64,000 nt of DNA from Amphiscolops sp. MND2022 (lineage: Eukaryota), in assembly GCA_964187785.1 (NCBI GenBank), contig OZ076409.1:55306001-55370000 (forward strand). Direction: 5' to 3'. A program made the translations under genes and the position numbers. Under the pieces are notes generated by a model. That model was not told the DNA's origin. It was given only the letters and a program-made list of their open reading frames with translations, and made no database searches. This document shows, in pieces, positions 24,301-36,300 of this stretch. Within the stretch, counting starts at the first letter, position 1. Each line of letters opens with the position of its first letter.

Positions 24301-27300
24301 CCCTCTGTATTCTCACACGTCTCTGAGATTTCGTTGCAGATGTGCTGTATCTCACACTCATTTTCATCCACACACGTCTCCCCGGTCTTAACGAAGCCAT
24401 CTTTGCAGGGACAGTCATAGCTGCCGAAAGTGTTCTTGCAGTACGATCCATATCCACATTCATATGTCTCCGCAGGATCAGTACATTCACGTTTGTCTGG
24501 AATAGAAAAGAAAAGACAGTTCAGTGAAGACAACTCAAGGTATCTAAGGGGAAAAATCAAAACTAGTTTCAAGCCTCTCGCTATGTCATTCGAATAATTT
24601 CTGCTTTTAGAAAAACATTTGAAGAAGCAAAAAATGCTGTCTCAGCTGTGTTGCTGATGCTTCTGATATTTTTGGATGTTTTGCAAATTTTGAGGAATAC
24701 ATCACTGTCGAGATTCTATAAAATGAGGAAAAAGCACGTATGACTCTTCTAAACTCTTTTAATTTTTGTGCATGTTATGAAGATACTTTCTATAAAAATA
24801 CCAGTAACGTTTTTGACGTTATTTTCAGAATCAGGCATGAAAACTAAGGTTCTTGAATTTCCTGTCGTATACACAAGATCAGTTTTGCTTTCCGAATTTG
24901 TCTGTAGCAATTATGTACTCAAAAATAAAACTTCAATAAAAGAGTTTGTTTCTAAAACTCCATTTCTAGAAGTCACGAATTCACGCTATGTTATATAACC
25001 AATTTTTTTCATGGCAAAATATTATATGAACTTTATTTAGAAGTATTGTATTTTGGAAAGTTCGACAGAAAATGGTCCTTGGAGAGTATGGGGTAGATAA
25101 TGTCAAAGTCCACAAAGTGTATAATTTGTTCAACACTGGGTATAAAAGTCCGCTAACCTGCACAGTAGAATCCATCACCCTTGAAGCCGTTGTGGCATTC
25201 ACAAGTGTATCCAGGGGCCTGGTTGATACAGTCTGCATGTTCCGAACAGTCGTTTTCTCCTGTCTCTTCATCGCACTCGTCGTCATCTTCAAAAAACAAC
25301 AACATAACTTTCTGGTTGTAGTTAAATCCCACCGCCAACAACTTTTTTTAGTGGAGCGATCATTAACAAAGTCTAAGTTAAGATGAAACTTTTTTGGGAG
25401 TTGTAGATTTCTTGATGAGTTTCCTCAGTCACCAAACATTCTTGATTTTTGAAATTATCTCTCAATAATTTATCAATCAATAGTGAAATAAAGAAATTTT
25501 TGTCGTAATCCGAATTTCTCAGAAACAGGTCGATCGAATTTTGGCCATGCAGGTTTATGATTAAAAACTGATCAAAGTCTGGGCTATATGTGGTTTAATC
25601 CGTGATCCGCCTGGCTCAACATATAGAAAAGAACATGATCAACATGATTTCATTGAAAGCATGGATGGGGAAAGGAGTCCCATTGTGTTATTTCACCTTC
25701 CTGGATGGAGACTATTTTTTGCTCCATGAAGTTGTTGTACAAAATTTGCTGCTTAATTTTAGCTCCCAATCTAACCCACGGTATGATCAGCATCTGGGGT
25801 ACGATCGGGACCCAAAGAGGTTGAAAAAAGCCAACAAAATTTTTCTTTTTGAACGCTTCCTTCGCGTTTGAATTTGTGACATCTTTGAAGATCCTCTCAA
25901 CATCTCTGCAACGTCATAATGTTAAATAGAAACTTCTCAAACTGACTCAAACAACCCTACTCTAGTTGAATCTGCCGGGAAGTTTTCCATGCTGCTTCCA
26001 TGTGTACAAGGATAGCTTTTAAAACAAAATATGGAAAATACCGCAAGCCTGCTTGGAAAAATTGTGAAGGATTTCAATGCAGCGTTCACTGTTTAAATCA
26101 AAACTTAGGAGACTTATTTTACTTATTCACAAACCCAGTCACTTGGTTTTTACACTTTAGTTTCCCAAGCACTCAATTTGAAACGTGCCTGAGCTCCATT
26201 TTTTTTAAAATGGCGGTAAAACAGATAAGGTTTCAGCTGCATATAAAACTAGAACTCCTCCGTTATAAAATCTTTAAAAAACCGTGTGGCTCCAAATTAC
26301 CACCCAATTTGGGATGCAAATTAGAGGCAGCTCAATAAAACTTAATTGATGCAGTGCGGTTTTAGTGAAAGTTTCTGTAAGAGTTTTGTGCAATCATAAA
26401 ATATTAGTTTGGCAACAAAAACTTATAGAACGTTGAAGCAGTTTCAACAAGCGTATTGTGAAATTGATTAGCTACATCTGGAAATCACAAAAACAAAGCT
26501 CACAAAAAATTCATCGGATTTCTTGTGGATCTCTTGTAATATACGAAAAACCAGATTCATCACGCTTTGACATTGATAGTTATTTGTCAGTGATCAATCT
26601 TTGATGATCGAAAAAAACGCTTCCCCAAATTTCGATAGAATTCGTGACTTAGAATGGTGAAAACATTCAATCGAGAAGGAATTCGTTGTCCAAGAGGTTC
26701 GTTCGAAGAAATAACGCAGTTTTTAGTGATAAAATGCCTCAAATTGAGACCGAAATATGCAAAAATTCAGATTATCAATTTTTTGCTATTTATGTCAAAT
26801 TTTCAGATAACTTGGTGACTAAGAAGGTTGGAAACCTTGAATTATAAAAAATTTCGTTGTCCGGGGGGCTTTTATAAAATACACGGTTTTTTCAATGCAC
26901 GAAAACGACAAAAATTCCAAAATTTACCGAATTTTCACGTTTTTATGCAACTTTGGTCAGATTGTAAAAAGAGATTTCGTGGATCAGAACGTTGAAATTG
27001 TTCAGCAATCAATGATTTCGTTGGCCACGAGGGTTATTTGAGTTTTTAGGCAGCATTCTCACCAGATCTCAGAAGAATCAAAACTACAATACGTTTCCGA
27101 AAATCGAGTTTTGTTGGAAATATCTCGAACTTCGTTGGTTAAAGGAATGGAAACATTTAACAGCGAACAAAAGTAATAGAGAGTAGACATTTCGAATGTA
27201 GTTTGCCGCTTCATTTTGGAAAATAACCAAAATCACCGGAAATTCCAATGTTTCTAGAGTTTTTGACTTTTTAACGCAATTTTTTATATTTTGCGAAAAT

Positions 27301-30300
27301 ATGTCAATTAGAACTTCGGAACGTTCCATCAAAGTCTGAATATAAGGTGCAGTAGGTGTTTTGAATGAAAATGCAAGTTTTCTTTAGAAAAATGCCTCAA
27401 TGTCACCTCAGAAGGTCGAAAACCCAAATACTCCATGTTTGTCGTTTTTCGTTCAATATGTGTACAATTCTTGTACATTTTTGTGGCTAAGAAGGTTCAA
27501 AACACACCAAAACGAACAAATGAGCTTTTCGGAACAGAGTTGCAGTGTTGTGCTTCAGAAACATTTCAAAGTTTCTGAATTTTTCGAGAAGTTTCCATCC
27601 TTGAAAGATGAAAACGTTCTCAACAGCGATCAAATGCGTTATCCGGTAGACTTTTTGAAGGTCAATTGCAGTTTCACGTTAGGAAAAGCTTCAAAATGAC
27701 TCCCAATTCGTCGAAAAGAGTTCCCTCATTGGCAAATTTTTGTACATTTCAGTGAATTTCAAATGAAAAATACCAAAATTTCGTAATTGAGAACTTTCGG
27801 AAAAAAATCTAACTATTTTAATTAGGCATGTAAAATGTGTAGAAAAAATTAACAATTTTTTATGTAATAAGTTTGTCAGAACGACTTAAAACAACCGAAG
27901 AATCCAACGTTTTTTGTTTTTGAAGTTTTTATATACTTTTTGTAAACCAATTTCGTAATTCAACAACAACTGAACCGGTACACAATAGGCGTTTTTGTAA
28001 AATCAGAAGTTTTTCGGGAAAGTGAAGTTCGGCCAAAAAATACGATTGTCATTTGCGAGAGGCTAATGAGGTTTTTGTTCCTTGTCGATTAAAATTTGGA
28101 TCATGTGTTTTCAAGTTGTTCATTGTTTGGTTCATATATCATTGTGAGCTATATATAGTTCCAGCCTGGCTATGGATTGGACCATAAAGTTTCATGATTC
28201 CAGCCTTACAATAATCCGGCCATAATTGATTATTGAAGTATCATTGGGGTAAGTTTTGAAAGTATCATATCAATGATTTCAATTCTAATAATTCAAATGG
28301 TGTCATTCTTTGATCAGACTTTTATCATTTTGATCGAGATATCCGGGATACCTCTCTAATCATCAGTAGGTAAAATCTTACTACCACTAAAACTCGACAT
28401 CAGAAGTGATATGATGGTTGTTAACTGTTTGCAATTGTTTAAGGCGTAATCCCTATTAGTAGTTTTTGTGAGTGGAGGGAGAGTTGGAGTACTTTCAGGT
28501 CAGGTTGCTCTCAGAACTTGATGAGAAAAAATCAAGCGAGCTCAATTTGCAATTCTCAAAAAATAGTTATAACCTTGTGTCCATATATAAATTTCTAGAA
28601 AGCGCATTTTACTACGATCACTATTCTTTTCCTCCCAACCATAGAGCTCACAACGTGTAGTCTCTTTTTTTTTTCAGTTAAAAAATCTATGAGCCCGAAA
28701 AGTCTAGCGTAAGGAAAAGTTTAGGCACTGTGAGACTCTCCAGATTTCTTGAAACACGCCTCTGAGCCTATTTGAATGACTTTGCGCTTCTTGAGCTTTA
28801 ATTGACGCGTTCCCATCTTGTTGCACTCGTAAGTATAATTTATCACTAATAAAATTCAGCTAAAACTGTTGAATTTTGTCGAAAAATTGTTGAATTGAAA
28901 ATGACAGAATATCAAAGTTCTAACCGTAGCATCTTCCAGTTTCATCCATGATGTATCCATCTTTACATTCACATTGGAAAGTGTTTTGGTCGATGGGAAC
29001 CAAATCGGCCAGTTCTTGATCACAGCCCTGATCATCACCTGTTTTGAGACAGTGTAATAGTTAATATTCAATGAGTTCTATCAGTCCAAAATGTTTTATG
29101 GTTCTGAAGTTTTTGCTCTAAAAAGTTTCGCTGGACTTAAAGTTTCGGGCTTTGATCAAACATAAAACCGTGGCTCTTTTCAGCAAAAAAAGAAGCTTCT
29201 AACAAATACGAGTATTTGCAATCACGCAAAAGCTGTTGGCCCTACAACTATCCCTACACGGCATTTTCATGGAAATGCAAAAAAATTCGGTAAAAATTGA
29301 AGGCTTCGTGTTTTTCTTAAGCAGAGAAGCTTCAATAAATGAACAACATTCTTCATTCTGTAACTTTGAGCGTCATTTACTCCCAAGTTTTAAACACAAA
29401 CTCGGCGGTATTATAGACGTGTATTTTCTCCAGGACATACGTTTTCCATGTTTATTATAAGTGGAATAAATTGACCTCCATGCCTTGAGATTAGACATTG
29501 CATTCTGAAATACTGAAAACGTCAGATGTCATCGTTTCGGTTCCCGTTTACTACTTGCCTTATCAATATAACACAACTGTAAAGCTGAAATAATCTAACC
29601 TGAACATCCGTCGGGCTTGGCGCATTTGCATTCCAATGCTTCTTTCCCAGCCACGAAATCACACGCATATGGTTTTTTGTCACACAAATTTGCTTCACAT
29701 TCTTTCGCTAAAGTAGAAATGTTTCAAATATTTGTTTGAGGTTTAGCCAGAAAAGGCATTATTTTTTTTCCGAAAATGAACCCTAAGTATTTGAAAGCAC
29801 ATGAAGAAAGCAAGCAGCGCGTGTTTTTGAAAAACACGATTAAATTTGCAAATATATTACAAAAACCCCCAATGAGAGGTGTTTTTCAAAACACATTGAA
29901 ATTTTTTTTTAAATTGGAAACAACGTTTTATGGACTATGAGTGTTACTTACGTATGCAAATAAGGACCCCTTGTTCATCGGATGATTGCTCGTACCCTGG
30001 GTCGCAATTGCATATATATGTTCCAGGTCTGTTAGTGCAGTGACTGTTGGGCTCACATGTATAATCCCCTGTCTCACATTCGTTGATGTCTGAAAACCAA
30101 ATACGTCATACATTAATACGAAATACATTTTTCAAACTTGAGAAATTGGTTTGACAGCTAAGGGTAGTTAAGCTACGCTACCGATGATTTTCGGAATCGG
30201 TCGTTAGATAAAACTGAATATCAAATGATTAGCTATGTTTTCGTGTATTTCAATTTTTCGCCTGGAAATGTCAGAGATGATGTGCAAGACCATGAAGCGC

Positions 30301-33300
30301 TCACAGGCCAAAGAATTTAAAAACCAATTCTGTATTAGGGTTCTATTAACATCAAACTTCAGGTTCTCGGCAAAAGGAAAGTTTTCCCCGAAAAAAAAAG
30401 AAAACGAGGAGCGATGAATCAATTCTATTTAAATACAAATGAAATCAAATGAAGATCTGTGAAACGTTTGCGTGAAAACTCTTTCGCAAGTCTTTTGACA
30501 CACAAAAAGTCAATTTGATAATTTTTTTTGGGTTTAAAAGATGCCATATGATGTTTGATGTGGGCTTTACCGGGCCAATAGACACCTCTTTATAAAACCA
30601 CTCTGTACCATAAAACGTCACTTTTCCAAAAAATTCCTTTCATCCAAGTTGAAAGTCACAAAGTAGAATCAGAAATCAACGAACCTTTGCAAGTAAGTCC
30701 ATCGTCGTCCAATTCGTAGCCCTCGTTACAGACACACTGATAAGAACCAGGGATGTTGATACAGTCCCCATTGATTCTATCACAGGAATCTGACCTCTCT
30801 ACGCACTCATTGATATCTGTGAAATAAAATAAACTCATCTCTAATGGCCAGAACATAATGGCAAACTTCACATGCTGCATTCATGCATGAAACGCTTATT
30901 TTCTAACCGCTGCTTTAAAATAAAACATTTTCATTTATATTATAAAGTTTTATGAGGTTTTTTGCTCTGGAAAGTTTTTTCGACGGTTTTTTGACAGCTG
31001 GAAAAGTTTTTTTGAGCTTATAAAGTCTTCTTTTTCAGAACTTTTGGCAGTGTAGTATTTTGATACACATATTTTTAAACAGTTGCTGAAAGATTTCAGG
31101 GCGGATACTTGTACGGCTCCCGACATGCTTTCGCAAAACCCGGAAAATTGCAGGAGTATGCTTGGAGAAACTCTGAAGGAATACAATGCAGATTCAAATT
31201 GAAAAATATTTTCGTCTGTCTTATTTTCGCAATCATTTCATTATAAGTTGAAAGTTCAAACTTCGACAGATTTTGATTGATAAAAAAATTTCGTCAGCTT
31301 CATTCATGCAAGGGGACTGCACTTTATTAAATTGCTGTTGGAATCATTACATGATTTGAACATGTACCAGCATACCGAACATTAACAATTAGCGAAGAAT
31401 TGAATTTAGAAAATGCTGCTGTGGAAAATATTCCAGGACCTTTTCAATCGCATTTTGGAAAAAAGTAGTTTGAAACAAAGCATTTCGAAATAGGAGCGTT
31501 AGACTTGACGATTTTTTTAAAAAAGTGACTTCATGTCCAGCTTTGCATTCAATGTAAAATATGTTTTCGTAAAATTTCAGCCTAAGAACAAAAATATGGA
31601 TTGAAGAGTCTTTTACTCACTCACCTTCGCAGAAATCGTGAATATTGAAGCCCAGATCCGGGTTGGTTTTCGGTCGTTGGTACCCTGTTTTGCATTCGCA
31701 TTCATATCCACCCCATCTATTGGCACATGTTGATGTTGCTTCTTCGCATTCATCCAAATCTCGCTCACATTCGTTCAAATCTGAGACGAAAATGCGTCAT
31801 TTAACGAAAATCATGAAATGATTTCACCAAATTTATAAGTCCAATGCAATTGTTTGTAAAAGGTAGAACATTTTTGGATAAAGTATAAAAAAAACAAATA
31901 GAAGAATGAAATCTATCGTTTTCTTATTGCTAGAGGATAAAATTAATTGCAAAGTAAGTAATTGAAGAAGAAGTGTAGTGACATTGGGATATGCTCCAAG
32001 ACATTAGCAAATATTAAGAACAATTTGCCAGTGTTTCATTTTACCTGGAAGAAGTTAGGTCAATGGGGACAAAATGGCTCAAAAACAGTTTTTAGATGGC
32101 ACCTTCACCCAACAATTTTGAGTCAGTGCTATAAGAAAGGCAGACCGATCAATACAGCAACTTTTTGTTGTTAGAAAACGCAGACCTTATTAGTGGCTTT
32201 TTTAAGGATTCTATAAATCTAACTTTTTCTATGCTGTCAGACTATTGCACTCAAGTCCCGGAAGGTGACCCCTGGAGAACAGGAGTTGGTGGGTTCGAAT
32301 CCCGGGATGGTTGAAAAAACTTTATTTTTCATTTTGTGCAAAAAGTAGACTATGTCAAAGTGTCTTTTGGGTTTTATTGGTACTGAGCAACTTTTTTCGA
32401 GAAAATTAATTCCAGAAAAGAGTAGGCAAACCCTTCTATACTTTTCAATGTTCTTCGCTAAGAAAAACTTCTTCGCGAGCCTCAAGGGTCCTCCCGTTGG
32501 GTTTTTTGCAGAGTTAGACTTTTTTCAAATTTTTTGATGTGGGTTTTTGTTGTTTAAGGAAAAGCGCCTTTTTTTCAAGAGTGCCAATTTTCAAGGGTAC
32601 TCTATTCGGGTATTTTTGGAACTGTGAGATATAGAGTTTTCTCAACATTTGTTTTCGAGCATATTCAAAAGACTTTGCATTTTTTGATATATAAACGGGT
32701 GCCAACTTGGGTCAATCCCGGTTTGTTGTTTTTTTTTCATTCCAATCGAGATGACCAACGGATTTGTGCAAAAGTTCTACTTGATCTACAAAGGTGTGTG
32801 AGAACAGCGGGTGCCCCTCCAGAACTTTATTCGGCATTGTGATACTTCTTTTACAGATGTCCATCGTCAGTTTTAGTGATGTTTTAAGAAATTTTTTGGT
32901 GTGTCCCAAATTTTTTGGAGGTTTTTTTGTTTTTTTTTCAAAACTTCGATAGAAAAAAAACTTGGAAGCTGTACAAGTTTAAACTAAAATTAAAATGTTC
33001 GAGATTTAGGCGGGTGTCGCCTGTTCAATGAGGATACGAAATTACGGGAGGCGAAAATTTCGTCCCCAGAAATTTCGTCGTCAGAAATTTCGTCGCAGGA
33101 AATTTCGTCGTATTAGCAAATACAAAAGTTTCGTCGTCAGAAATTTCGTCGTCGGAAATTTCGTCGCATTGATGAAAATTAACAGCGTTCGCGAAAAGAG
33201 CTTATTTGAACTATTCAATTATTTAATTATTAAAATAAGAGATCTGAACAAGTTTCATTTTGACACCACAACTGAGTCAAAAAGTTAATTGCAATCAATC

Positions 33301-36300
33301 AATTATTGAGCAATCAATTTTCAGTCCTGAACCATTGTACCGGTGTATGGTGATTCACACCATACTAGCCAAAATTTTGCTTTTCAAACTTGCACTATTT
33401 GTAAACAAAGCGCTAATATTGGTTCATTTTTTTGTCAATCATTCAAAATGGAGCTCTTTTTGTTGCTCAATTTAATTTATGGCGGAGAATATTTGCATTC
33501 CGGAAAATTGGCTTGTTCCGGAGGTGAATTTTTGCTTTTTTGTCAAAAAAAAACGGAAATTCCGGGGAATTTTTGCTTCAAGAGTCGAAACCAATTTGTG
33601 TTGGGTGGGGGATAAGAAACATTGTGTATCTGGGGTGGGAGGGATAAGTAACATGGTCCGAAACTTTTTCGGTTAAAACCATGACTAAAAGTCATTATTA
33701 GCAATAATTGCACAATTACCGATAATTATTTAGATAATTATCAAGACTCGATAAATTTTAAGACATCAATACCATTAGACAATTCCTAATAGCTTAGATA
33801 AATGCAACATTTTATACAGCGTAATTTCCGACGACAAAATTTCTGACAACGAAATTTCTGACGACGAATTTTCCGACGACGAAATTTCTGGCGACGAAAT
33901 TTCTGGCGACGAAATTTCTGGCGACGAAATTTCTGACGACGAAAGTTCCGACGACGAATTTTCTGGTAATCGAATCTACAATTGTTTTAGGCAGGTGTCG
34001 CCTGTTCAATGCGGATACGAAAATATATTTGTTTGTCAAAAACTATTGGAAGTTTCAATATGACACAAAATACAGCATTTGATACAAAATTATTTCGAGA
34101 CTTTGGCCAAAAATTATATTTTCGATTACGTTGGGACTAACCTAATCGTAGTGACTGTCTTCGAGTACAAAATTTTTCATTTTGTGTCGGCGCTTCATGA
34201 AGTGAAACGTGACTATAATAGTGACTTTTTTATTTCAATCCACACGACCTGATCAAAATAGTTTTACCAGGGTTGGGTATGTTTTAAAACATGTTTTAAA
34301 ACGGACCAAAAAAAACATGTTTTAAAACAAAAGAAGGTGTGTTTTTTTCATTTTTTCAGTAATGTCCATCTTAATTTGTTCCCAAAGAATTTTTGTAATT
34401 TCGGTATAATGGGTCGAACAAGAGATACAATTTGGACGAAATTCACTCTTCTGTCAACTGAGAAGGGAATGTAAAAGTTTGCTGGAGTTTCTTGGTCCTG
34501 TCATGAAAGCCCTAAACACTTTGCAAGGAGATAACATTTGTTAGGTGATTGTTTCGAGCAATGGTTACAACTTTATGATGCATGTCCGGATCATTTCAAG
34601 CACTTTGTTGCGCAGAGAAGAGATTGGTATTTGACACCTGTATTTTTAGCAGCGTACTTACTTGACCATATATACGAAGGGAAAAAATTGGACCCCGATG
34701 ATACACAATTGGCTTTGTCTTATATTAAGTCTATCGATGCGAATGCCATGGCTAATGTTGCCAAGTACATGAACAGGGAAGAACCCTATCTTCATGAGTG
34801 TTTTGATGACTTTCGAAGTGTTGCTCCTCATTCGTGGTGGAAAATGGGCAAAAGGCTCGGGTTTGATGATTCATTAGTACAGGTTGCAATGGGACTGGTC
34901 TCAGGAGTTCCTAATTCTGCTGGACTTGAACGTTGTTTTTCGGCTGCTGGAATGACTTATGGGACGTTGAGAACTCAAATGGACGTGGAAAAATGCGGAA
35001 AATTGGCCTTCTTATACAGAGAAATGAACCAAGCTTGAAAAAAATATTTAAAAAAAACACGTTTTTTATTTAAAAAACAATGTTTAATTGATTTTTATTA
35101 TAAAATACGTTTTTTTCCACCCCTGAGTTCTACAAAGTACTACAAAGCCTTAAGGTGCCAAATTGGACCATTTGGTCCAGGGAACTGAACTATAAAGGTT
35201 GTTCCTTTTTCGGTGTAACAAACAATACCGGGCGAGACTAAAGCGTCCCCCTTTCACTTTTTCGGCATTGTGAGACCTTTTTTTGAAAATTTTTTCATGT
35301 CTACAAAGGCCCCCTTTTTGTTTTGATGTTTTGCCACAGAATGGATGATGAAGAATCCGAAAGGGTCCCCCTTTTAGCCCGTCAATTCGGTCCAACTTTT
35401 GGGTTTTTCGAGTACTGTAAAAACGAATACTTGACACTTTGAAGTCTTTTTGCTTTTTTCGATTCTTAGACAATGCCCCGACTTATGCCGTTTCCGGCTT
35501 CCTAGTTTCCAGCCGAAAAAATGCTAACTAGAAAAAATTATATATTAGAAGTGTAGTTGTGGATCATGGGACTCCGATCGGTAAAGCAGGAAACTGGAAC
35601 ACTATGTACTTCACATGATGAACCTAATCAAGTAAGTGGAGTTTTTGGCTAACATGGGGCTTTTATTCCAGTGCCTTTGATTCAAATTTTTACTCGTTAG
35701 AAATCATGTGTTTTAGAAAATTTTTAAAAAAGGAAAAATTGGCCGCCAAACACAAAACATGTTGATCATAAAGTCATGTACGATGATGAATTAAATCAGC
35801 TCAGTCATACAAAGACTATACAAGAGAATAAAACCATGCAAATCATACAGTGACCATAGTATGGTCATTGTATGGTAAGTTTGTTTTTCATAACGATGTC
35901 CTCGTTTGGAAGAAGTATTTACCATGCTATAGTCCTTTTAAGGTCCTTTTGTTTTCAATAAATGGCATTTTGAAAATAATTTAGTAAAGGTAGTCAATTA
36001 ACCATGATTTTGATGAGTTATTGACTACTCCTTAGCCAAACTACTAACTTTTATGACAAAACTGAGAACATTATCACAATCACCAATTTTAGGCTGAATT
36101 TGTAATGATTGATCTCGAACAAAGCTGAGAAATGTGGGTTTTGTTGTACCAAATGAGTTAATACTGAGATGAAAACTATTCCAACAGTTTCGTAACATCT
36201 AAATAGTTTGCGCATGGAAAGATCTTCAATATATCAGTTTTTGATACCTGAGTCAAAATGGAGTGATCCCTTCACTTCCGGTTTCATCTTCACTTTATAC

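Noticed and set aside
25600..26340. Possible decayed transposase remnant
   Set aside because: Many stops, no convincing catalytic motifs or TIRs.
20334..32312. Possible tRNA genes at the GTTCGAATC motifs
   Set aside because: No acceptor, D or anticodon stems could be formed; treated as SINE-like heads.
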